Of a stretch of DNA of 64,000 nt, positions 22,183 through 30,949 are shown piece by piece. The stretch is from NCBI GenBank assembly GCA_965228475.1, contig OZ245817.1, positions 3,776,001 to 3,840,000 on the forward strand. Direction: 5' to 3'. The first letter of the stretch is position 1, and every line of letters begins with the position of its first letter. The stretch is from Myxococcota bacterium (GTDB taxonomy: Bacteria > Myxococcota_A > UBA9160 > JAFDDA01). The notes under the pieces are model-generated. The model saw only the letters and a list, made by a program, of their open reading frames with translations. It ran no database searches and was not told where the DNA came from. The position numbers and the translations under genes are program-made.

Positions 22183-23133
22183 ATGTCCCGACCGTTCCGC
22201 TTTGGTGTCCAGCTCTCCACCCTGCCCGCCGAAGGCTGGGCCGAACGGCTCCGCACGATCGAAGCCCTCGGCTACTCGACGGTCTTCGTTCCGGATCACT
22301 TCGGCCCCCAGTGGGAACCGGCGACCACCCTCGCCGCGGCGGCCGCCGTCACGGAGCGCCTGAACGTGGGTTCGCTGGTCTACGACGTCGACTACCGGCA
22401 CCCGGTGATCCTCGCCAAGGCCGCGGCCACGACCCACGTGCTTTCCGGCGGGCGCCACGAGTTCGGCCTCGGCGCGGGCTGGATGGAGTCCGACTACGTC
22501 GAAGCCGGCATGACCTACGACCGCCCCGGGATCCGCATCTCGCGCCTCGAAGAGGCGCTGCAGATCGTTCGCAGCATGTGGGCGAACGAGAAGACGAGCT
22601 TCGAAGGCGAGCACTACACGATCCGCGAGATCGCTCGCGCCGTGGATCTTCCGGAGGGGGATGCGCCGCGCGTGCTCGTCGGGGGCGGCGGCAAGCGCGT
22701 CCTGTCGATCGCCGGCCGCTACGCGGACATCGTCGGCATCAACCCGAGCCTCGTCGAGGGGCGCATCACCGCGCAGACCGCTGCGGACCTCGCACCGGAC
22801 AAGGTGAAGGAGAAGGTCGGCTGGGTGCGCGCCGCAGCCGAGAAGGCCGGGCGGGATCCGGAGGCGATCGAACTCAACAGCCTCTCCTTCGTGGTCGCGA
22901 TCGCCGACGACGTCTCGGGCCTGCGCCAGGGGCTCGCCGGAAGCTCCGGCATGACCCCGGAAGAGGTCGCCGACTGCCCGATCTTCCTCACGGGATCGGC
23001 GGCGGAACTGCGCGACCGGCTCGAAGCCCGGAGGGAGCAGACCGGCATCAGCTACGTCGTGATCCCCGGCAAGGACCTGGCCGTCCTCGAGCAGTTCGCC
23101 GAGGCCGTGGTGGAGCCGCTCGCCGGCAAGTAG
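22183..23133 (+). CDS. LLM-class (probably F420-dependent) oxidoreductase
   Basis: RPFRFGVQ, VPDHF, YRHPVILAKAAAT, GLGAGW, VGGGGKRVL. Confidence 0.85.
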   Translation: MSRPFRFGVQLSTLPAEGWAERLRTIEALGYSTVFVPDHFGPQWEPATTLAAAAAVTERLNVGSLVYDVDYRHPVILAKAAATTHVLSGGRHEFGLGAGWMESDYVEAGMTYDRPGIRISRLEEALQIVRSMWANEKTSFEGEHYTIREIARAVDLPEGDAPRVLVGGGGKRVLSIAGRYADIVGINPSLVEGRITAQTAADLAPDKVKEKVGWVRAAAEKAGRDPEAIELNSLSFVVAIADDVSGLRQGLAGSSGMTPEEVADCPIFLTGSAAELRDRLEARREQTGISYVVIPGKDLAVLEQFAEAVVEPLAGK

Positions 23134-23150
23134 GAGCCCGGCCCGGAGCG

Positions 23151-24506
23151 CTAGCGGGCGAAACGGACCTTCACCCAGACGCGGTCGTTCGAATCGTACT
23201 GGCCGAAGACGCCGGCACCGTTGCCATAGAAGAAATCCGCGCCGAGCGAGAGCTCCGTATCGTCCCGCCACTCCCAGGCGACGCGCGGGCGCACGAGGCC
23301 GTCGCGGTCGTTCCAGCTCTGGATCACCTGGAGCTCGAGCTGCAGCCGATCGTTCAGGAAGTCGCGCTGAACCACCAGCGTCACGTTCGTGTCGAGCGAC
23401 TTCCGCAGCATCGTGCTGCGATGCCCCGGCAGCCAGCTCTGGAACACCTGCAGCGAGACGAAGGTCTCCTCGAAGCCGAACCAGTCGAAGCCGAACATCC
23501 AGCCGACGTCCGCGGTCTCCGCGATGCCGTCGCGATCGGTGGCGTCGTCGACGGGGAGGTAGCGGTCGAGGGCTAGAGCCACCTCGCTGCGAACCGTGAG
23601 GTGACCGAAGGCGGTGCTCGCCGAACCGCCGGCCACGTGCTGCCGCCGGTATTCCGGAAGGAACCGGACGGCGCCGCCCGGCGCGCCGGGAAGCCGCCGG
23701 ACCTGGACCGGGAAGTCGCCGTACTGGTAGAGGTAGTTCAGCGTCCAGTCGATGCCGTGGGCGAAGCCGGAGAGGCGAAGACCCGCGTCGGAATCCTCGA
23801 ACCACTTCGGCGGACGCTTCACCTGGGCCTCGGCGATGGGAATGCCGGGCGGCGGCGGGAGAACGAGGCGCTCGGAGCGGATCGCGAACAGGGCGTCGGC
23901 TTCGGGCAGCTCGTGGTGGGTGGGGTCCGGGATCCAGAGAAGCTGCAGGGTCGTATCGCCCAGGGGCAACGGCAGCTCGGCGTTCACCATCCAGAGCGGA
24001 ATGCGCGAGTCCTCGAAGGCGGGGAGGATGAACTCCCGGAACTGCTGAGGGTTCACGACGTCGAGGAGCTTCAGGCCGTCGGCCTCGCCCCACACGACCT
24101 GCTGTTTGCCGAGGCGCAGGAAGGCGGGCCCGACGCTCGCGTCGAGGTAGAGCTCACGCAGCTCGCCCTCGGCGCTGCTCCCGATGAAGCCTCGCCGGCT
24201 CCAGGCCGAGACCTCGTGCGGAACGGGGGCGCCGGGCTCGAGGCGATCGAAGAAGTCCGCCCGGGCGCGGCCGATGGCCACGAGGTCCATGCCGTGGGGC
24301 AAGGAGATCTCGAGCTCGGGCTGGAGCGTCGCGGCGAGCTCGTGGGTTTCGCCGGTGCCGGTGTCGACGGTCCATTCGAAGTCGAAACGGGTCGAGAAGG
24401 TGAAGCGATCGTGCCAGGCCGCGGCCGACGCCGGGCCGGCCGACGCCAGGATGGAACCGAGGATCAGGGTGCCGACGAAACCCCGAATCCGTACGCATGC
24501 CCCCAT
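23151..24506 (-). CDS. DUF1302-like outer-membrane beta-barrel protein
   Basis: Signal peptide, LRELYLD, LRLGKQQVVWGEADG..LLDVVNP, C-terminal FGQYDSNDRVWVKVRF; start uncertain. Confidence 0.7.
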   Translation of the reverse strand: MGACVRIRGFVGTLILGSILASAGPASAAAWHDRFTFSTRFDFEWTVDTGTGETHELAATLQPELEISLPHGMDLVAIGRARADFFDRLEPGAPVPHEVSAWSRRGFIGSSAEGELRELYLDASVGPAFLRLGKQQVVWGEADGLKLLDVVNPQQFREFILPAFEDSRIPLWMVNAELPLPLGDTTLQLLWIPDPTHHELPEADALFAIRSERLVLPPPPGIPIAEAQVKRPPKWFEDSDAGLRLSGFAHGIDWTLNYLYQYGDFPVQVRRLPGAPGGAVRFLPEYRRQHVAGGSASTAFGHLTVRSEVALALDRYLPVDDATDRDGIAETADVGWMFGFDWFGFEETFVSLQVFQSWLPGHRSTMLRKSLDTNVTLVVQRDFLNDRLQLELQVIQSWNDRDGLVRPRVAWEWRDDTELSLGADFFYGNGAGVFGQYDSNDRVWVKVRFAR

Positions 24507-24643
24507 CGCCGCGATTGCCTCCCCCATTGGCCGCCGGAAGTTACGGTCCCGTGGCCCCACGCGCCCCTGGAACGTTCCTCCCGCCCCGGGGCCGGTCCGG
24601 GCCCGCGTAGACGACCCGCACGCGCCCGCGTAGACTGCCGCGC

Positions 24644-25633
24644 ATGGAGTTGAGCGAGAGCGACCTGCGCCGTTTCGGCGTCGAGCCGAGCGACGAGGCC
24701 CCCCACGCCTTCGACCCCGACGTCGAATGGTGGAATGAGTCCTGGTTCTGGGATTGGTACGACGCACGCGGCGAACGGGCCGGGCACTGCCGCATCGGCA
24801 TCCATCCGAACCAGGACCGACTCTGGGTCTGGTTCTATCTGAAGCACGGCGAAGAGTGGGTCTGCGTCGAGCAGCCGCGCCTTCCGCTCGCGGACTTCGA
24901 CCCGGCACGCCTGGCCTACGAGAGCTTCGGCCTGCGCTTCTCCTGGGACGTCGCCTCGCCGATCCGCCAGGGCCGGCTGCGCTTCGACGGCTTCGGCCGC
25001 GTGCTCTCCGGGCCTCGCACCGGCAGCATGCGCGCGGTCCACGCGGATCTCGAAGCGACCGCCATGGGCCCGCCCCACGCACCGCCGAAGATGGAGGCGA
25101 GCCACGCCTCGCCGAAGTACGGCGCGAGCCGCTTCGAACAGCCCGTCTCCTTCCGTGGCACGACGGGGATCGCGGGGGACGTCACCCCCTTCGAGGGACG
25201 CGGCGAGCGCGACCACTCCTGGGGCCCGCGCCACTGGAACATGAACTGGACCTTCATCGTGCTGAACGGCGAACGCCTGCGCATGCAGGCCGCGGTCGCG
25301 GAGATCCCGAACGCCGGCCGCTTCCCGGGCGGCTACCTCTACCGCGAAGGCTTCGAGGCGCTCTCGGAGGTCGAGCTCGACGTCGAGATCGAGGGACGCC
25401 CCGTGCTCGACCCGGTCGCGGGGAAGTTCCGCGTGGCGACGGAAGCCGGCGAGGCCCTGCGCGGAGAGATCACGAGCCTCTCGGGGGTCGAGATCGACCT
25501 CACCCACACCTTCACGCCTCCCCAGCGCTCGCTCTACCGGCGCGGCCTCATCCGCGTCGCGCTCGAGGGCGAAGCGGAGCCGCTCACGGGCTGGCTCGAG
25601 TTCAACCGCCTGCGCGATGGGGGCGGCGCTTGA
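24644..25633 (+). CDS. AttH/CrtC-like beta-fold protein (DUF7064/DUF7065-type)
   Basis: WNESWFWDW, RFEQ, ERDHSWGPR; paralogous to 57027-57998. Confidence 0.6.
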   Translation: MELSESDLRRFGVEPSDEAPHAFDPDVEWWNESWFWDWYDARGERAGHCRIGIHPNQDRLWVWFYLKHGEEWVCVEQPRLPLADFDPARLAYESFGLRFSWDVASPIRQGRLRFDGFGRVLSGPRTGSMRAVHADLEATAMGPPHAPPKMEASHASPKYGASRFEQPVSFRGTTGIAGDVTPFEGRGERDHSWGPRHWNMNWTFIVLNGERLRMQAAVAEIPNAGRFPGGYLYREGFEALSEVELDVEIEGRPVLDPVAGKFRVATEAGEALRGEITSLSGVEIDLTHTFTPPQRSLYRRGLIRVALEGEAEPLTGWLEFNRLRDGGGA

Positions 25634-26706
25634 CCACCGTCAAGGGACGGGACCTCGAAGCGACGCGCGCGGACTTCGCCGCCTGGCTCAGGCGGACGCT
25701 GCCGGACGCCCGCAACCTCGAGGTCTCCGAACTCACCGCACCGGGCGCCACGGGCTTCTCGAACGACACCCTCTTCTTCGAGCTCGCCTACGACGGCGCC
25801 GAGGGCCGGGTCGAGGAATCGCTCGTCCTCCGCATCCAGCCGACGGAGAACCAGGTCTTCCCGCACTACGACCTCGGCAACCAGATCCGCTGCATGCAGC
25901 TCCTCGAATCCACCGACGTCCCTGTGGCGCGCGTGCTCTGGTACGAGCCCGATTCCGGCACCCTCGGCGCGCCCTTCTACGTCATGGCCCGCATCGAAGG
26001 AAAGATCCCGACGGACAACCCGCCCTACCACGTCGGCGGTTGGGTCACGGAAGCGCCCGAGAGCGAGCGCGCCAGCATGTGGTGGAGCGGGATCGAAGCC
26101 CTCGCCACCATCCATCGCATCGGTTGGCGCGAAGCGGGCTTCGGCTACCTCGACGAGACCGGCGGCGAGCGAACGCCGCTGGCCGTCCAGCTCGACCAGT
26201 ACCGCCGCTTCCTCGCCTGGGCCGCCGGGGGCAAGCCTCAGCCCGTCTGCGACCCGGCCCTCGCCTGGCTCGAGGCCAATGCCCCCGACGGCGAGCCGAC
26301 CACCCTGAACTGGGGCGACGCGCGCATCGGCAACATGATCTTCGCCGAAGGCCGCTGCGCCGCGGTCCTCGACTGGGAGATGGTGACGATCGGAAGCCCC
26401 GAAGCGGACCTCGCCTGGTTCCTCTTCCTCGACGAGCACCACTCGCTGGGCGTGAACGTTCCGCGCCTGCCGGGCTTCCCGTCGAAGGAGGAGAGCGTCG
26501 CGCGCTACGCGGAACTCACGGGCCACACGCCGAGGCACCTGGCCTACTACGAGGCCTTCGCGGCCTTCCGCTTCTCGGTGATCATGATCCGGCTGGCGCA
26601 CCAGTTCAAAGCGCTCGGGATCCTGCCCGAGGAGTCCGACTTCGACGTGAACAACATCCCGAGCCGGATGCTCGCCAAGATGCTGGGGCTTCCCCCGCCG
26701 GGCTGA
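25630..26706 (+). CDS. phosphotransferase (APH/ACAD10-like kinase) family protein
   Basis: GFSNDT, LGAPFYVM, WGDARIGN catalytic loop, VLDWEM; TTG start overlaps the upstream TGA. Confidence 0.85.
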   Translation: MTTVKGRDLEATRADFAAWLRRTLPDARNLEVSELTAPGATGFSNDTLFFELAYDGAEGRVEESLVLRIQPTENQVFPHYDLGNQIRCMQLLESTDVPVARVLWYEPDSGTLGAPFYVMARIEGKIPTDNPPYHVGGWVTEAPESERASMWWSGIEALATIHRIGWREAGFGYLDETGGERTPLAVQLDQYRRFLAWAAGGKPQPVCDPALAWLEANAPDGEPTTLNWGDARIGNMIFAEGRCAAVLDWEMVTIGSPEADLAWFLFLDEHHSLGVNVPRLPGFPSKEESVARYAELTGHTPRHLAYYEAFAAFRFSVIMIRLAHQFKALGILPEESDFDVNNIPSRMLAKMLGLPPPG

Positions 26707-26722
26707 GCGGATCCGCCGAGCC

Positions 26723-26778
26723 CGGCCGAGCGGCCTGGCGGCCTGGCGGCCTGGCGGCCGAGCGGCCTAGCGGCCTAG
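26723..26778. repeat. 8-bp tandem repeat CGGCC(T/G)(G/A)G x7
   Basis: Seven consecutive units between the convergent kinase and phoU genes; overlaps the phoU stop. Confidence 0.8.
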
Positions 26779-27429
26779 CTTGGCCGCGTGCTTGAGGTTG
26801 CGCGCCTCGGCCATCAGCACGACCTCCTCGGCGATGTTCGTGGCGTGGTCACCGACGCGCTCGAGGCTCTCGGCCACGAGGATCAGGTCCACGGCCCCCG
26901 CGGCGCGCGACGGGTCGCTGTTCAGGCGCTCGATCTCCTCGCGCACGAGTTCGTCCTGGAGGTCGTCGATCACGTCGTCGCCGTCGATCACGTCCCGGGC
27001 CTTGCCCGCGTCGAGATCCGAGAGCGAATCGAGCGCGTCCCGCAGGATCGTCTGGACCAGCCCGGCGAGCCGCTTCATCTTCTCTGGATCCTGCACGCCG
27101 GCGACCGCACCGAGCCGCTTCGCGCTGGACGCGATGTTGCGCGCCAGGTCGCCGACCCGCTCGAGGTCCGTCGCGATCATCTTGATGGCGACCACCTTGC
27201 GGAGGTCCTCCGCCAGGGGCGCGCCGAGCGCCAGCGCCTTCAGCACCGCGTCGTCGACCGCCACGTCGAGCCGGTCGATCTCGATGTCGTCGGCCTGGAC
27301 CTCGTCGGCAAGCGCGGAATCCCGGCTGAACAGGGAGCGGATCGACTTCTCGAGGATGGCCTCGGAGCGGCTCCCCATGCGCAGGATCGTCTCTCGTAGG
27401 TCGTTCAGGCGAGGTTCGAACAGTCGCAT
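26767..27429 (-). CDS. phoU: phosphate signalling protein PhoU
   Basis: Two PhoU repeats, DLERVGDLA and LERVGDHATNIAE; GGAGGA RBS. Confidence 0.93.
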   Translation of the reverse strand: MRLFEPRLNDLRETILRMGSRSEAILEKSIRSLFSRDSALADEVQADDIEIDRLDVAVDDAVLKALALGAPLAEDLRKVVAIKMIATDLERVGDLARNIASSAKRLGAVAGVQDPEKMKRLAGLVQTILRDALDSLSDLDAGKARDVIDGDDVIDDLQDELVREEIERLNSDPSRAAGAVDLILVAESLERVGDHATNIAEEVVLMAEARNLKHAAKLGR

Positions 27430-27491
27430 CAGTCCTCCGCCAGCCCGCAGGCTGACCCGAGCCGGAGTCTACCCCCGGACCGGGCCGTTTC

Positions 27492-27507
27492 GTGACGAAA
27501 CGGTGAC
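27492..27507 (-). promoter_or_regulatory. PHO-like box upstream of phoU
   Basis: GTCAC-N6-GTCAC on the minus strand (11-bp period); TAGACT -10-like hexamer 20 bp downstream. Confidence 0.65.
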
Positions 27508-27547
27508 GGAAGCGGGGCGGCCGCGAGAAGAACTCCCCCGGGTCTTC

Positions 27548-27563
27548 TTCACGGTTTTGTAAC
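27548..27563 (+). promoter_or_regulatory. PHO-like box upstream of pstS
   Basis: TTCAC-GGTTTT-GTAAC, 11-bp period. Confidence 0.6.
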
Positions 27564-27673
27564 AGATGCGTCGGGCCCGCGTCACCGCACCTTCGCACTC
27601 TTGGCGCGCTTTCCGCGAATCGTCCGCGGCCGGATCCGTCCAAATCGAGTCAACACCAAAGGAGAGATGACTC

Positions 27674-28642
27674 ATGCGATTGCGAACTCTTGGTACCGCC
27701 CTGCTCGGTCTGGCCTTCGGCCTCTCGGCCCAGGCTGCCCCCGTCGAGGTGGATCCGGAAATCCCCGGCTACTCCAAGACCAGCGGCGTTTCGGGAAGCC
27801 TGAACTCGATGGGCTCCGACACCCTCAACAACCTGATGACCTTCTGGAGTGAGGGCTTCCGCAAGGAGTACCCGAGCGTCCGGATCCAGGTCGAGGGCAA
27901 GGGCTCGTCCACGGCGCCCCCGGCCCTGATCGAAGGGACGGCCCAGCTCGGCCCGATGAGCCGCGCCATGAAGAGCTCCGAACTCGACGCCTTCGAGAAG
28001 GAGTTCGGTTACCCGCCGACCCAGATCCGCGTGGCGGTCGATGCCCTGGCCGTCTACCTGCACAAGGACAACCCGCTCCAGAAGATGACCCTCGAGCAGG
28101 TGGACGCGGTCTTCAGCAAGACCCGCCGCTGCGGCGGGACCGCCGGAATCGACACCTGGGGCGGCCTCGGCCTCACCGGGGCGTGGGCGAACAAGCCCAT
28201 CCGCCTGTATGGTCGGAACTCGGCTTCGGGCACCTACGGCTACTTCAAGAAAGTGGCCCTGTGCAAGGGCGACTTCCAGGACTCGGTGAAGGAGCAGCCG
28301 GGGTCGGCTTCGGTCGTCCAGGGCGTCACGGAGGACGAGTACGCGATGGGCTACAGCGGAATCGGGTACAAGACCTCGGGCGTGAACGCGCTGGCCCTCG
28401 CGAAGAAGCCGGGCGACGCTTACGGTACCGTGGACCCGGCCGACGTGTACGCGGGCAAGTACCCGCTCGCTCGCTTCCTCTACGTCTACGTCAACAAGCC
28501 GCCGAACTCGCCGGCGGACCCGCTGATGCGCGAGTTCATCCGCTTCGTCCTCTCGAAGCCCGGCCAGGAGATCGTGGTGAAGGACGGATACCTCCCGGTC
28601 GGGAAGTCCATCGTCGATCAGGAACTCGCGAAGCTCCAGTAG
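27674..28642 (+). CDS. pstS: phosphate ABC transporter substrate-binding protein
   Basis: Signal peptide, GSDT, EGKGSST, GRNSASGTY, YPLARFLYVY. Confidence 0.93.
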   Translation: MRLRTLGTALLGLAFGLSAQAAPVEVDPEIPGYSKTSGVSGSLNSMGSDTLNNLMTFWSEGFRKEYPSVRIQVEGKGSSTAPPALIEGTAQLGPMSRAMKSSELDAFEKEFGYPPTQIRVAVDALAVYLHKDNPLQKMTLEQVDAVFSKTRRCGGTAGIDTWGGLGLTGAWANKPIRLYGRNSASGTYGYFKKVALCKGDFQDSVKEQPGSASVVQGVTEDEYAMGYSGIGYKTSGVNALALAKKPGDAYGTVDPADVYAGKYPLARFLYVYVNKPPNSPADPLMREFIRFVLSKPGQEIVVKDGYLPVGKSIVDQELAKLQ

Positions 28643-30949
28643 ATGGCGACACTCGAGCCCCCCATCGCCACCGGCAAGAACGTTCGCCGGGGGATCGATA
28701 CGATCCCCCGGCGACGACTTCTGGTGGACCGCTGGAATCGGCGCCTGATCTCGGTGGGCGGCCAGGCGGTGATCGCCCTGATCCTCGCCATGTTCGTGTT
28801 CCTGGTGATCGAGGCCTTCCCGCTCTCCCAGGGCGCCACGATCGTCCCCAAGAGCGAGATGTCGGTGCCGGACGCACCCCGGGTGGTCCGGCTCGACACC
28901 CACCAGACCCATGCCGCCGCCCTCGCGGCCGACGGCACGCTCCGGGTCCTGCGCCTCGCCGACGGGGAACTCGTGCTGGAGCGGTCGCTTCTGGCGACCG
29001 GCGCCTCCACACCCGCCTCCGCTCCCGAGACGGCGGCGGAACCTGCAGCCGAGGCGGAGGCCTTGGCCGAAACGGTGCCGGCTTCCGTCCAGGCCATCTT
29101 CCCGACCCCGAAGGACCAGCCCTTCCTGCTCGGGACGTCGGATGGCCGCGTCGTGGCCGCCGAGCTCGCCTTCGAGATCGAGTTCGAGAACAACCAGCGG
29201 ATCGTCGAGCCCGCGCTCCGCGAACCCACCGTCTACACCCTCGACCCGACGGGCGCCCCGGTCCGGATCGCGACCCTCCGCGCGGGCGACGAACGAACCA
29301 CCGTGGTCGGTCAGCTCGCGGGCGGGGAGATCGCGATGCTCCGCATCGCGGTCGAAGAGAACCTCTTCACCGGGGAACGGACCGAGACCGTCGAGCGCAC
29401 GGTCCTCGAGGGCGACCTCGCCCTGACCCACCTCCTCCTCGACCCCGACCAGCGTTCCCTGTACGGGGCGACGGCGGCGGGGGAGCTGGCCTGGTGGGAC
29501 CTCGACGGGGGCCCGGCGCCGGTCGAGATCCTCCGCGCCAACGCCGTCGAGATCACCTCGGCGACCCTCTTGAAGGGGGGGCGCACCCTCGTCGTCGGCC
29601 GCGCCGACGGGACGATCGAGAACTACTTCCGGATCCGCCGCGGCTTGAGCGAGAACCTGACCCTCGTTCGAGAGCTCGAGCCCCTGAACGCCGCCGTGAC
29701 CCACCTCGTCGCGTCGGATCGGGACCGCAGCCTGCTCGCGATGAGCGCGAAGGACACCGGCGCCCTCTACTTCGCGACCTCGGGCCGCACCCTGTGGAGC
29801 GGCCTGTCGCCGATCGCGGGCACCAGCGCCGTCACCCTCGCCCCGAAGGGCGACGCCGCGATCTTCGGCGGCACCGGCGGCATGGCCTCCCTCGAGATCG
29901 ACAACCCGCACCCCGAAGTCTCCTGGAAGACCTACTTCGGCCGGCTCTGGTACGAAGGGTCGGAAAAGGCCGAAGCGATCTGGCAGTCGACCGGTGGCAC
30001 CGACGACTTCGAGTCCAAGCTCGGACTGCTTCCGCTCCTGTTCGGCACCTTGAAGGGGACGATCTACTCCCTCTTCCTCGCCGTGCCGATCGCGATCCTC
30101 GGGGCGATGTACACCTCGCAGTTCGTCCACCCGAGCTTCCAGCGCATCGTGAAGCCGACCGTGGAGATGATGGCCTCGCTGCCGAGCGTCGTGCTCGGCC
30201 TGGTGGCGGGCCTCTGGCTGGCCCCGCGCCTCGAAGACCACTTCCCCGCCCTCGTGCTGATGCTCATGGCGACACCGTTCATGCTGATCGCCGCCGGCGC
30301 GGTGTGGAGCGCTGCCCCGGCCGCCCTTCGCGCCCGCCTGCCGAACGGCTCGGAGGTCATCTGGTTCGCGGTGGTGCTGGTGGCCGGCTGGGCCGGGATC
30401 ATCCAGGCGGGGCCCTGGTTCGAAGCGGTCCTGTTCGGCGGCGACTACCAGGCCTGGCTCTTCGAGACCCTCGACCTGCGCTACGACCAGCGCAACGCGG
30501 CGGTCGTCGGGATCGCCATGGGCTTCGCCGTCATTCCGATCATCTTCTCGATCGCGGAGGACGCCTTCTCGAGCGTCCCCCAGACGCTCGCCGCCGGTTC
30601 CCTGGCCCTCGGCGCAAACCGATGGGAGACGGTGACCCAGGTCGTCCTGCCGACGGCGAGCCCGGCGATCTTCTCGGCCGTCATGGTCGGCCTTGGCCGC
30701 GCCGTCGGTGAGACGATGATCGTGCTGATGGCGACGGGCAACACGCCGATCATGGATTGGAGCGTGTTCAACGGCTTCCGCACGCTCTCGGCGAACATCG
30801 CCGTCGAGATCCCCGAGGCACCCCACGGCGGAACGCTCTACCGAACCCTCTTCCTGACGGCGCTCATCCTGTTCGCCTTCACCTTCGTGATCAACACGCT
30901 GGCGGAACTCGTGCGGGTCCGGCTGCGCCGGAAGTTCGGGAGGCTCTGA
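28643..30949 (+). CDS. pstC: phosphate ABC permease PstC with large periplasmic beta-propeller-like insertion
   Basis: LASLPSVVLG-type segment, EAA loop GSLALGANRWET, RAVGETM; position in the pst operon. Confidence 0.88.
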   Translation: MATLEPPIATGKNVRRGIDTIPRRRLLVDRWNRRLISVGGQAVIALILAMFVFLVIEAFPLSQGATIVPKSEMSVPDAPRVVRLDTHQTHAAALAADGTLRVLRLADGELVLERSLLATGASTPASAPETAAEPAAEAEALAETVPASVQAIFPTPKDQPFLLGTSDGRVVAAELAFEIEFENNQRIVEPALREPTVYTLDPTGAPVRIATLRAGDERTTVVGQLAGGEIAMLRIAVEENLFTGERTETVERTVLEGDLALTHLLLDPDQRSLYGATAAGELAWWDLDGGPAPVEILRANAVEITSATLLKGGRTLVVGRADGTIENYFRIRRGLSENLTLVRELEPLNAAVTHLVASDRDRSLLAMSAKDTGALYFATSGRTLWSGLSPIAGTSAVTLAPKGDAAIFGGTGGMASLEIDNPHPEVSWKTYFGRLWYEGSEKAEAIWQSTGGTDDFESKLGLLPLLFGTLKGTIYSLFLAVPIAILGAMYTSQFVHPSFQRIVKPTVEMMASLPSVVLGLVAGLWLAPRLEDHFPALVLMLMATPFMLIAAGAVWSAAPAALRARLPNGSEVIWFAVVLVAGWAGIIQAGPWFEAVLFGGDYQAWLFETLDLRYDQRNAAVVGIAMGFAVIPIIFSIAEDAFSSVPQTLAAGSLALGANRWETVTQVVLPTASPAIFSAVMVGLGRAVGETMIVLMATGNTPIMDWSVFNGFRTLSANIAVEIPEAPHGGTLYRTLFLTALILFAFTFVINTLAELVRVRLRRKFGRL

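Noticed and set aside
24754..26706. Apparent 650-aa kinase fusion
   Set aside because: The N-terminal part is an off-frame reading of 24644-25633; the kinase begins at TTG 25630
25630..26706. Aminoglycoside resistance kinase
   Set aside because: Length, motifs and context fit ACAD10-like metabolic kinases; no mobile-element context
26723..26778. Possible CRISPR or REP array
   Set aside because: 8-bp units with no spacers and no cas genes; it is a simple tandem repeat
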